A stretch of 59,280 bases of DNA, filler included, from Basidioascus undulatus (taxonomy: Eukaryota): assembly GCA_000826855.1 (NCBI GenBank). It is 4 parts of 4 records of this genome, joined end to end, with 100 filler letters (N's around TTAATTAATTAA, not from the genome) between each part and the next. Parts side by side here need not be neighbours in the genome. Positions count along the whole stretch, not along the records: positions 1 to 14,759 come from JTLS01000698.1; positions 14,860 to 29,617 come from JTLS01000699.1; 2 more parts are not named here. One strand, 5' to 3'. The notes beneath the pieces were generated by a model that was not told the DNA's origin, searched no databases, and saw only the letters and a program-made list of their open reading frames with translations. Made by a program: the position numbers and the translations under genes. This document shows positions 13,368 through 25,127 of the stretch, in pieces; positions within the stretch are counted from its first letter, which is position 1; each line of letters starts with the position of its first letter.

Positions 13368-14759
13368 ATGGACGTGTATGAGCGTGCGAGCGCGCCCTCG
13401 CCGTCGACGCCCAAACTGAAACCGCGCTGGGTGACCGTCGCCGCGCTCCCGACGCTCAAGAAGGTCCCCTCCCCACCCGCAACCGCGACCGACCCGCTCC
13501 TACAGGGCCCGCGCCCTGCGCCCCCGCGGCGGGCAGTCACCCTCCCACTGCCGGGCCCGCTCCCCAACCTGCCTCTCCCCTTGCCGAACCTCGGAGCCCT
13601 CTCGCTTGGCGCGCAGGAGCTGTGGCGCTTGGGCACGGGGAGGAAGGGCATGGCGTGGAAGGAGCTTGAAGGGGAAGAAGGGTTGGGCGAGGAGCAGGAA
13701 GTGGCGGGGCTGGACGGTCAGGTCGTTTGGGTCTTTGGTGCGGGCGGCGGTACGTCTTCCTTCCCGTTCCACTTCTTCCGTCCTGAATGAGTGCCGCCTG
13801 TGGCTGACTGTCTCTGTCCTTGGGATCGTCCGTAGTCTACGGCGGCCAAGTCGCACGCACCCTCAACGAGCTCAACCCGCGCTGCATCGCCATCTCTGGG
13901 GTGAGTTTGCACTTCCTCCTTATCTTTCGTCCCCCGGACCTAAATCTCAGTTCCTCCCTCCCGTCGAGCAGTTCCCCCTCACGCCCCCCAACGCCTCCGA
14001 CGTCACGCCCTCCCTCGCAGCCTACTCCGCGCGCGCCGCCGTCCCCGAAGACGCGAAGTGCCGCTCTCTGGCGCGGGCGGTTGCGTCTTCTCCTCGCGAG
14101 CGGCATGCCAAATCCTCCTTCTACTCATTCCAGTACTCTGAGCAGAACCACGGGCACGAGCAGGAGGACCCCCTGCGCGGGTGGGTCGGGGGCGGGCGCG
14201 TGCGCTTCCTCCGCACGCGCAACCGCGCCGAGATCGTCCAGGCTTCGATGGAGGTCGCGCGGCACGCGCTGGAGGTGCTGCGCCTGCGGGAGGAGGACGT
14301 ACCGCAAGGGAAGGGAGCGAGGAAGGGGAAGAACGAGAGCAAGGACGAGGACGAGGAGCTTTTCATGGACGACCAGCTCCTCCCCGACCAGCTCCTCCAC
14401 GCCGCGGTCCTCGTCGTCGAGCCGCCGCTGCCGTTCGACAGACACGCCTCCTCCGACGACGGCTCCGGCTCCGACACGTCGTCCCTCCGCGACCGCGAGC
14501 GACCGCGCCACCGCCGTGTGCGCCCGCTCCCCGCCGAGGTCGCCTGGTGGCTGCGCAATGGCGCCGAGCTCGCCGCGAAGGAGATCCTGCCCCTCGGGCT
14601 GCGCTGGCCGGAGCGGGCCGAGCGCTTTGCGGACGAGGAGGAGGTGCAGGAGGCGCAGGGGCCTGCGAGCGTGGCGGTCAAGCACCTCCGCCGCCTGAGC
14701 GGCGTGATCGGCTTGGGAGGGACGAACCGCAAAGTCTCGCCGACCTCGTCCCTATCCCC
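13368..14759 (+). CDS. Hypothetical multi-exon protein, truncated at the contig end
   Basis: ATG at 13368 opens a GC3-rich frame. Introns start GTACGT (~13750) and GTGAGT (~13901). A long third exon (FLPPVEQFPLTP...RVRFLRTRNRAEIVQAS...) runs open into the N spacer. No family recognised. Confidence 0.65.
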
Positions 14760-14859
14760 NNNNNNNNNNNNNNNNNNNNNNNNNNNNNNNNNNNNNNNNN
14801 NNNTTAATTAATTAANNNNNNNNNNNNNNNNNNNNNNNNNNNNNNNNNNNNNNNNNNNN
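14760..14859. other. Artificial contig-joining spacer (N44-TTAATTAATTAA-N44)
   Basis: Exactly 100 bp, with a central 12-mer (14804-14815) placing TAA stops in all six frames. Identical to the two other spacers. Confidence 0.98.
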
Positions 14860-16327
14860 GGGAGGGGAGGGTGTTGGGGTGGTTAGAATCTGGAATATAT
14901 CGTCGTGTGATGGTGCTGCTGGAGGTGGATCAGATTGAGATGGAGGTTGGGTGTCGTGCGGCAGGGGAGTGTGTGCCATAATCGGTGTGCGTGTGCGTGT
15001 CGCTCAAGGGTAGGGCTGGGTAGAATCTGGAATATTGGATATGATGATGTACGAGACGCGGCGGGTACAAGTGGAACCTGTGACGGTGAGATGCTTGCTC
15101 GCGCGTGGTGGGTGGTTGAGAGCGAGCGTCGGCCCGCGCTCTACGCCGATCGTCCAGGCCGCTCCGCAACCTTGCCTCACAGTCTCTCCCCATGCCCGCT
15201 TTTATTCCACCTCCTCCACTTTTCTGACAGCTTAGAGCTCAGGTAGTTAAATTAATCAGTCATAAAGAACGTAGTAATGCCTCTATAGGAGGTATGGAAT
15301 TGTGGGAGTGGGATAGAAGCGCTGGGATCGACGTGATTGTAGCGGTTCAAACACGTGATAGAGCGCTCTCAGGCTGTGCGAAAGGCACTGCATGTACTGT
15401 ACGCGTTAGGATTTCTGTACACAGGCGCGCAAAAGAACGTAAACTAAAAGTCAGATAAGTTTTTCGGTGTTCTGCCAGGAAACGGAGACCCATGCGGTAA
15501 CGAGAGATCCACCGTGCGGCGCTCCACTGGCCGTAACGGGACTGAAACGAGCTATCAAGCCGGCCACTGTAAACACGCCGACTGCCTTTTTTCGATAGGA
15601 AACGGGTAACCCACTTCTCTTTCAGTTAACAATCTCCGAGGACGAGCAGTCATGGGCACTCACAACACCCACAAGGCATAGCGAAGTGGCCCACTCAAGG
15701 CTGCCTGGCGCTGTCCAGACGGACGTGGAAGATCCGACTCCCCTCGCCTTTTCTTTGGTAGTAGATGTTGGGATAGTCAATGTCTTCGGGGTCTAAGAGA
15801 GGTGCCGGTGAGGTTTCCCCGGGCGGTGGGACCTGACTGGGGTCCAGCTCACGTTCTGCTTGAGCTCAGATTGCGCTGTGTCGCAGAACTGCCGGCCGCT
15901 TTCCAGCGCTCTGATGCCCGCTGTAATTCGACATCCTGTGAAGAAATCTGGGGTAAAGAATCGTGTCATTACAAAACTTTTGTGGAAAAATCACAGCCCA
16001 GTCTTGCCTTATTCTCACTCAAAGCGGAAACTTTGCGCTGGGCCAATCTCCACCCAAGCCATCTGGCTGTGCGTCTATCGAGATCTTTTACACAGTGAAC
16101 AGGTGAGCTTCAAAAGAGAGCAAGTCACCACTGTACTCCTTATGGCTAGCCATTGTTTCCTGAAAGGCGAGCTGTCACAAGTCCGGAAGTCAGTGTTCGC
16201 GTTGGCTGTGCCCTCTCTTCCCTTTCCACTCGCTCACATCCTCTCACGCATCCTTATTTTCTAGTAGAAAGATACGCTACCGGGCTTAAGACTCACTTTC
16301 ACCTCTCTCGCGCTGCCCGCCTTCCAA

Positions 16328-17294
16328 ATGTCCAGTGGGACACCGCCATCTTCGCCTCTTCATGTCCCGCCTCACCCTCATACTTCCTCTCCAGCAAACT
16401 CACTTCCCCCAACCATCCCTCCCTGGGCATACCTCCCAGGCTCCCTCATCTCCATGGAAATAACTGCCACCCTCACCTCACAAACCCACCGCCGCTCCAC
16501 CACAGTCCAGCGCGTCTTCACGCCCTTCTCGAAATCCCAAGCGTTCCTCGTGCATCTCGCCTCTGCTGCCCCCAGCCTCCTTGCTCATCCTCAAAGTCTA
16601 CGATCCGCGCTACATCAACAAACCGGGACCGCAGCGAGCCTCAGGCGTCCAGCGCGGGGGGAAGCCATTTCCCGGGTCGAGCGGGCGAACGACTACGCTG
16701 CTCGGACGAGTGGAGCGATGCCCTGTGGGAGGAAGTCTTCTTCCCGAAGACGGACGTCTCGTGCCGGGGCGAAGGGGAGGTGTACGCCCGCCTGAGGGAC
16801 CTCCAAGGTGCAGGCGTGCCGCACTGCTACGGCGCCGCGCACCCAGGCCGCTTCATCTCGCCCCCCACTCTCCTACTCGAGAACATCCCCGGCGCCACTC
16901 TCTCCCAGGTCGATCCCGCCCGCTTCCCCGCGCGACATTCCTCGCACTCCGTCCACCGTGTGCGACCTCTGAGCGCGCGGCGTAACGCACAACGAACCCA
17001 GCGCACATAATGTCCCAGAAGGGAGTGCGGAGCGAGCGGCGGTGATCGACTTTGGCCACGCGCTCCTGCGCAAGTCGGACGAGGACGACGAGGACAGGGA
17101 GGAGAAGCTCATATTCGGGGACGATGCGTGGAACTTGTCGGAGGCCTTTTCAGCGCGGGCTGCGGGATGGCACGCGGAAGAGGCTTGGGTTTGGGGTGGA
17201 TGAGGGCGACATGGAGAGGGAGGAGAGGGAGGAGCAGCAGCGGCAGGCTCAACGTGCTGGGGACAATGCTGGCGTTGAGCATGGCCAACCTTGA
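16328..17294 (+). pseudogene. Frameshifted atypical protein-kinase-like gene
   Basis: Collinear kinase-like motifs lie in different frames with no intervening GT-AG introns: LILKVYDPRY; EGEVYARLRDLQGAGVPHCYG; LLLENIPGATL; RGVTHNEPSAHN (catalytic loop with E in place of D); AVIDFGHA. Confidence 0.7.
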
Positions 17295-18551
17295 GGTCTG
17301 CCTAATAATCATCAATTGTAGCAGCTTGAGTTCCAGTGCAAACATGCCTCGTGCGCAAGACCAAAACAGCAATTGTGGCAAGACGGCGATTTCCTTCTCG
17401 GTTGCCGCAGCAGACTTACTTACCCATGTAGCCCGACGACAGCTCTGTCCGGGAGCGATTCGTAACGAACGGGATTACGGCTCCTTCTGCTGCCCTTCAT
17501 TATCGTCACCGTCCGCAATTTTCACGTTCACAGCCGTCGAGCTCACTCCTCCTGCGCTCTCTTCGTAAACATGCCCGTCCAAGTCCAAGTCCCCTTCGAG
17601 ACGATCCCTCGTTCGGACCCTCGCATCAGCCCCACCGACGTGGCGGACCGTTTCATCCTGGATATCGAGCGGTACCCTCCGCTTTTGCCGTCCTCTTGTG
17701 CAGTGCTCGACAGCTCTAGCGGCGTGAACGGATTTCCGCATCCAGGGCTTTCGACAGGGTGAGCTCCTGTTCGTCGTGAAGAAGGAGGAGACCGGTCGGG
17801 TTGGCTATTTTAACCCTCAATGCATACGGACGTTTCCCTGGCGGCGATTAGCGAAGTTTACAGAGAGGGGATGGGAAGGCGTCCGCTTCGAAAACCAACT
17901 GGATCGAGGTTTGCTGCCTTCGTCCTATCGTCAACTCCCTCCTGCATCAGACAGTAGGGATGGACATCCTTGTCGCTTTATTGTGCCGCAAGGGAGCGCC
18001 AATGGGACAACAACATCAAACTCTTTCGGGATGCGGTCATCGCGACCGCAGGCTGCGTCTCGTTCACTGTGCCCGACCTATGGCGGCAGTATGGGCACGT
18101 CTGCTTCAAAGTTGGCTGCGACGACTTTCGGAAAGGGTAGGGCAACCGCAGGCCATGTGAGGTCTCTGAGCTCGCAAAATAGGAGAAGTAATTTATAACG
18201 AAATAGACCTTGCTTCACGCTCGCTGCATGCAACGCCTGGTGCACTTGTTCTCGCACACCCAGAGAGCAGAAGCACCTAGATACTACGTCCACCGGACTA
18301 GTGCACTGGTATAACACAGGCATTATGGTTCAGATTGGAAGGGCCGTACATAATCTCATCAGTCACTGAACCCTGGAGGTGTTGTACACAGGATGAAGAC
18401 GTACGTCGGGAAATACGACGGCAGGCGACCCGGGTGCAGCTCTGACCACTCTTGCACAATACGTTTGGAGATGAGGTTGAGAGCGATCTGCGTACGCGCC
18501 AGGGTGAATGTGCGGGGCCTTTCCAACCGAAAACAAGAACCCCAGACTTAC

Positions 18552-18848
18552 CCTGCTGCCCTCATGGTTGTAGTGAATGCCGCCCCTCGTCAGTCCCCGG
18601 CTTTCATCGGCGCCAGCTGCGGCGTCCTTGAACAGCGTGAACATGTCGGCAGTGGACATGTCGGCAGTCGGAACCCCGCGCTCGGTACCGATGTCAAGTA
18701 CGGCATCCGTGTACGATTCGAACTGCCAGCCGTAGTACTGGTGGGCTTACGGGCTCGTACCGGAGTTGGTGATGAGGAGGACGCGTTGCGAAGGAGGAAG
18801 GACGGAGAGCATGGCGTTTATGTTGGACTTGAAGTCGTCGAGGGGGAC
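18552..18848 (-). pseudogene. Isolated exon of an SGNH/GDSL hydrolase (Iah1-like), disabled
   Basis: Between a CAG acceptor and a GTAAGT donor it reads VPLDDFKSNINAML...RVLLITNSGTSP*...YTDAVLDIGTERGVPTADM...LTRGGIHYNHEG. In-frame TAA at 18747-18749, a 15-bp tandem duplication at 18641-18670, and the DGxH motif reads GGIH. Confidence 0.6.
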
Positions 18849-20352
18849 CTGCGGGGTTAAAATACACTTTAGATTGGAATTTAAGATACCATAGGACCAT
18901 TGAACGGGCGCCAGTTTCGTTCAGCTTCGGATTGGGTCGTTCTCGCCTGACAGGGATGGAACCGGCTATGTCAGCGAAACGGCCTGCATACTTGACTGGT
19001 CCACTCACCGAAATATGCCTGAATGGCACTATAAACGCAGAGAGTGCACGGCACTGCCATGGCTCAGTGCTGCCGTGTTGCACGGCACTCACACTGGTGC
19101 CGTGCCCTCCCTAAGGACTACCGGAGGATTGCCGTCTTCTTAGTGCATTAGCCGGAAATTAGCCGTGTTGCACACAAATCTGACATGTTGCACGGCAATG
19201 CGCCGGTGCTGCCCGGCAATGCATTAGCACTGGACGGCAATCTGCAAGGACTGTACACAGCTGAGATCGACGAAAGTTTTATTCTTTGGACGGTTTCAAC
19301 GTACGATGGTAACACGTACGGGGGCTCCAGGGCAAGGGACACGGCGGCTCGAAGCGATCATCTGCACTGACAGCGTCTGCATCGCATGCTAACTATCGAC
19401 GGCAGTGCCGCATTCATAACGAACAACTTGTCGAAATGCCATTCAACAGCTTTTCCCATTAGTTCTTCTGAACTGGAACTGAGCCGGCCTACTGCATCAC
19501 ACACCCCCAAGCCAATGCAACCTCGCCTGCTCAACATCGTCCCTGCAGCGTTTGGCCTGCACTAACCACTCCGCTCAAACGTTCTGACGAAGTAAATGTG
19601 GTGTTCAAGGGAAAACCAGGCCCTCCCACACTTACGCGTGCGTGACGCGCTGGCAAAGTCATCCAGAGACGCGGGCAGCGTCGGCCAGTAGAAGTTTCGT
19701 CACTAGAGGTCTGCAGGAAATGTAATTTGCGGCGGAAGGTTCGCTGGATTTGACATAGTATAGTGAAAATTACTCTATTAACTGCTGGCTGGCTTCCCGG
19801 TCTCCGTTGGTTCTAGGGCACAACCAGGGGCTGTCGAAATGGGATATGTACGAAGCGCACGCCGTCTAAGATGGGGTGGTTGGACGTGTCCATGAGGAGT
19901 GGAATCGTCAGAATGAACCACTTGAAAATCCCTTCACGGTGCAGGATGTCGACTCGACATGATCGACACCTGCAAGCGAGCCTCTCCGGGAGCGACGGGG
20001 CTGCGATTTGGGCGGTCTCTGAAACCCAGCTAATATCACGTAAAGCTTCGCGAACTCTGAAGGTTCTGAAGTCCTGTGCATGAGGTCGCATGTATACATG
20101 AGCGCCGCAGCGGGTGGGCTCACCGCATACTGTGCACCGCACGACATCTTCAAGTGCGACTTTTCTGCCCGACTTTCCGTTCCTCTGACATATCCAATGT
20201 CCCCACAGATTTGGCCTCGTATCCAAGTTCATCAACAGCCTAGATGGTAATGTGCTTGACTGCGACACGTATATAGGCCCTTGACAGAACTCACGAGTCC
20301 CCTCCACGCTGCTGCGTCAAATAGGACCCGAGACGACGTGTAGGAGTATCCG

Positions 20353-21927
20353 ATGGTCGACGGCGAAGATCTGGCCATGCATCTTTTACGGACTATTGAC
20401 TTTGGTAAGCCAGCATCTCTTCACCCTTCTGGGGCTTTACAAGACTAAGAGTGTCTTCTCCTAGGCTGCGAACATGGTCTGGACAGACGATCCACTGAAC
20501 ATCGCCAAGAGCAACGTCGTCAACAACAACTGCCTCTCGCCGACGAAGCCGCCGCAGGCCGAGTTGATCGTGGGTGGCAACAGGAAGCCCGAGGGTCCAT
20601 GGAGCCCAAGAGCACCCTCGACCGTCAAGAGGCACGAACGGCCGAGTTCTTCATTCGCAACGCAGTGGCACTTGCGCAATGTAGGTCTCTTGTCTCGCTC
20701 AGCTCTCGCTTTTCGCTCGGGCTCAAACTCCTCAACGCTGACTTTGCTTCCCAGACTTTGACGTCAACTCTGGAGCATTCAGGGACACCGCCGTGCGTGC
20801 AGCAGCTCTTTGCCCAAGTCACTCCTCCGACTGGACCAATCGTGCCTCCGCTCGACGAGAGGTTCAACGAGTGGCTGCAACTACGTCTCTGCCTTCTCTT
20901 CGGGAGTGTCGTATGTCCCATGCCAGATTCGCTTACAGTGTGTCACCAAGCTGATACCCATCCACTTCGCCCTTTATCTAGGCCACGTGTAACGAACGTC
21001 CTCAACTTCTACAGGGCGCAGCTCGAATCTCTTCTCCCGCCTCCGACACCCAGCAGCCCAATCCTTCGGTTCCGGGGTGCTTCAAGCTATACCATGACCT
21101 GACAGTTGAATCATCTTCTATTCTTGACCCTTGTTAACCTATCAATGCTGAAAGAGCGTTATCATGCGTAGATCGGCGCTCGCGCGGCAGCGGCGACCTT
21201 CACCTGGCGAGTATGTCTTTCCGTGCGCGATCCCGCTCGCTGGAGCAGCCTGAAGAATACCTCCTGTGTGAATCTCTGCCCGCAGAACCTTTCCAGCCCG
21301 TCCGAAACATGGTTGGTGCATTGTGCCCGGCGACGTCGGCAAGATGCGGTACTGGTGGGACTCGCAGAACCAGCCGCTGTTCATCAACGCCGAGTTCAAG
21401 ATCTTCGCCATTGGCCACTCGGTACGTCTCGCTGGGATTCGCTCTTGGTGAAGCTCAACCTACATATCCCTGCATCAGACGGTTCGGCTTCGGTGGTAGC
21501 GATGCACAACCATGTCCGGGGCTCCTCTTTCTAATGCCTCATTCGTGGTGAAGCTCAACCTCCCTATCCCCTGCATCAGAATATCCCACATCGCTAGCCG
21601 CCTACGCCATGCCCGACTGCCAAACGTCTGCGCGTTCGGCAACCACCTCGACCCGAACTCTGCGCCGGTGAGTGGAGCTTCACCTGCCCGCCGGACGGTC
21701 AGTCGGCGGGTCTGTTGTTAGTCGTCACAGTCTCTCTTGAATTCGCTCCCCACTAAGCCCCTCTTTTTCCTCTAGTACGACAACCGCATCAACGGCCGCA
21801 ATGTGCCCCTTATCGTCTGCGGTTACAACCTGCAGCAAACGGTGAACTGCATCAACTTCGCCAACGCCGCGGACGGCCTGACCGGCGTGTACGTGTCGTA
21901 CCCGGACCTCGGCTTCCACTTCTATTA
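20353..21927 (+). pseudogene. Degraded multi-exon gene of unknown function
   Basis: A series of GT-AG introns (GTAAGC ~20405, GTAGGT 20681, GTACGT ~21422, GTGAGT ~21668) separates GC3-rich exon-like blocks (MRYWWDSQNQPLFINAEFKIFAIGH; YDNRINGRNVPLIVCGYNLQQTVNCINF...GFHFY*). I could not join them into one open frame. Confidence 0.4.
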
Positions 21928-23446
21928 ATCCGCGCACTTGCCGTTCTTCTCTGTGCCTCCGGCCTGCTCCTTTTGCCGTACCTTTTGTATTTGGGGGACG
22001 TTCTGGGTAATCCATCAAGGTTGCGGAACCAGTTCCTCGCATGATTGTTCAAATTCCGGCGGGGAGCTCGCATGTGTTGCTGAAGGCCGTGACGGGCCTG
22101 CATGCCGCACGTTGGCACTGCCAAGTTCGTGGAACGTAGACTGGTTGGAAGACAGAGCCGCTGTCTGTCACCGCATCTTTACAGCTTTTGAGACGTTGAC
22201 GTTCTCACCCATCCTCCAGAACCTCACACCCAAAGTCTCTGCATATTTCAGATGGAAAGTACATCACGATGCTTGTGCGAGCAACTTTCCAACTGGCCCA
22301 CTCGCCGCACAGCAAACGCGGCAGACACAAAATCGCTTCATCATATGAAACGTCCTCCATCATCACCCCTTCTTGAGCTCGCGCTGACAAAGCTAAAGTC
22401 TGCATAGGAACGGCTACCCGACGCAGTTCATCGTGTCCTTCACGGCCAAGTACGGTGAACAGGACACCGACACGGCACAGGGCGGTAACGGTCCCGCGTG
22501 CCGGTCGGCGTACCGGCTCCAGAGGGTGGCAGAAGAAGATGCGGCGCAAGACAGAAATCGAACTGCGCGGATACAAGTGTGTGAGTGCGGGGGGAAAGAC
22601 GTGAACAGGAACACAACGGACCGCCGCTCGATGAGCGCAAACGCGCAACGGGGCTGAACAGCCAATTCATAGACAATATTAAGTCGCATGAGCGGGGCGA
22701 TGAATTGACTGCGAAGACGTACCGGAACAACATGAGCGATGCATACTCACTGAGCGAGTAGCCGGCTGAGCACCCGACAAGAGGGCTGTCAGGCAAACGC
22801 GACGAGGAGTAGATCGCTAAGAGGGAAGCGCACCGAAAGGTGGGCTGCGGTTGACAAGAGCCCCCGGCTGCGCATGTAGTCTAACGCAGCGCAGTTGGTG
22901 GATGCCGGGATGCGAGCATACACAGTGAGCGAACAAGTTGAAGGTAAAAAAAAATCAGGTGTAAATGCGGATCTTGGTTGGCTCGGGGATGTCGATCTAC
23001 AGAGGCAGAATGTCAGCCACGCCTGCGTGCTTGAAAGAAGTCAAACCGGGAATTTGGGAGAGTGTTGAGCGCGAACTGGGCGGTTGTGACGTTTCGCTGG
23101 TGGTAGATGTCGAACTGCGGATGATGAGGGCGATGCGGCGAGAACAAGGGCGATGAATTATCAGGTCGCCAACAGGGATAGGAACTCTGTTACGCACGTT
23201 GGTCACATTGAGGATCTCGCGTAACTATCCGAAGACTGCGGGAAGCGGCAGATGAGCAGCAGGTAGGAACGATCGCGGGCCGAAAGATGCTCACCTCACC
23301 GAAGCGCCGCTGGTAACCTGCGAACAGAGAGATAACGATCGTAATGATTTCATCAGCCGACGCATTTTGGTGCGCTCGCAACGCGTCTTTTCTCGTTCCC
23401 TCAAATCTCATTAACTGTCTTCATCTCGATCTTTACGCGCTCTCTC

Positions 23447-24473
23447 ATGGCCGCATCTACCAACGCGGGCGCTCTGCGCGCTCTGACCTCGCCGCCGCCC
23501 TCCATTTCGCCCTCCGATCACAGCACCCTGACCTCCGCTACGCCTGCTTCGTTCTCGACCATTCCCCCCGTCCTGCGACGCTTGGAGGAGAATGTTCGGG
23601 TGACCTTTGAGCCTGCACCAGAGGGGATCAAATTCGAGCAGGCGGGGACGCTCTTCGTGACTGAAGCGTAAGTCCCGCTCCCAAGAGACTACGTGTACTC
23701 AGAATGTGCACCGACGAGAGGAGGAAACACAGCGAGCTCTCATTCTTCTCGACTTCTGCTACGAGCGGGTTCGTGCTCCCTTACCCTTCCATCACCCTCC
23801 ACGCGGTCTCGCGCGACCCCAAGGGCGGCGCGCCATGCATCTACTGCCAGCTGGACGAGCGGGACCCGACCCTGCCCGAGCGGGCTGGCGACGAGGAGAT
23901 TGAAACGCGCGACATGCGTATCATTCCCTCTAACACGAGTGCACGTACGTGGATCTCAAATCTTACATGTCCTTGGCTTGCGTGGCTGACCAATTCACCG
24001 TCGTTGTCATCGTCTAGTCGAGCCTATCTTCGAGGCGCTCTCGTACTGCGCGTCGTTGCACCCGGACAAGTATGGCAACGATGACGACGAAGAGGCCGAC
24101 GGGCGGTTTGACGACTTCGGGGGCATGTCCGGCGCGGACGACGAGGATGAGGCGGATATGATGACTGAGCTCGGCCGGGTGCGCAGCGATTTCGCCAAGC
24201 TTTCCACGAGGTTCACGCCGTATTGATCTATTATGCAATTCATGGCCGCATCGTCCTTCTCTTGTTTTTTTGAAACAGGTTGCACGGGAGCACCTCGAGT
24301 CGATTATCGAGTGGCCGGCGGGGATGCAGCCGCCGTGGGAGCAGGAGGACGCGGAGGAGGAGCGGGAAGGACAGCAGGCTGGCGAGGACGAGGAAGGGAA
24401 GGAGACACCCGCCAGGCCGATCACGAACGGCACTTCTTCGTCGTCGGAGAGGCCGCTACCCAATGGCGCCTGA
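23447..24473 (+). CDS. pICln/Lot5-like protein (Voldacs domain; Sm-protein assembly chaperone)
   Basis: GTLFVTE-ELSFFS...GFVLPYPSITLHAVSRD...PCIYCQLD...MRIIP-VEPIFEALSYCASLHPD plus an acidic tract. Ends at TGA 24224-24226 if the last intron is retained, or at TGA 24471-24473 if it is spliced. Confidence 0.9.
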
Positions 24474-25127
24474 CGTATCGCATGAATTGCACAGCTCGCT
24501 TCACGGGTGTGCGTCTAGACGACGTTGTCTGCGGGTAGCACAACGTGCTGGCTGCCGGGGGTTCTGACTTCAACCTGACATAGCCTTTGCATGCCTCATA
24601 ATCTGAAGGAAGAAACTCTTGAGCGTCCCGTCGACAGTGTTGGGAAAGTGGACCCAGACAACATGAACAGGCGTCGGTGGGGTTGGCAAGGAAGTCCGAA
24701 AGACGCGGCGGTGCCTTCCGTTCTCTCCAAGCCGACTTCAGCTGGTGAACAAGAAGAGATTTTTATCGACTTTCCTATCACATACCATTCATGCTAAAAT
24801 TGCGTCGAACGCTCTCAAAACCGCTGTGAGATTCGGCAACAACTGAGGGTCTGAGGGACAAATGCGGCAGGAGCGCCAATCAACTTTCCTTGCGGGAGTG
24901 TCAGTTCCTTCAAGGTACATCAAATCCGCACTTCTGCGTGGATCAGGACGTTGCCGAAGTTCCTATACAGCGTTGAACCAGATTGACCGGCTCGACATTC
25001 GGTCGATGACTTCATCTTCCGGGCGGGCACTTTGCCTTCTTGCCTTGTTTCCTTGCCCCTTCGCCTTCCTTGCCTCACTCTTCTCGACAGGCAGTCCACT
25101 CGTACTTCTCAAACTTCAAAACTCACC

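Noticed and set aside
14804..14815. TTAATTAATTAA recurring every ~14.85 kb as a biological periodic motif or piggyBac TTAA site
   Set aside because: It is always centred in exactly 44+44 Ns, which marks it as a six-frame-stop linker added during assembly processing.
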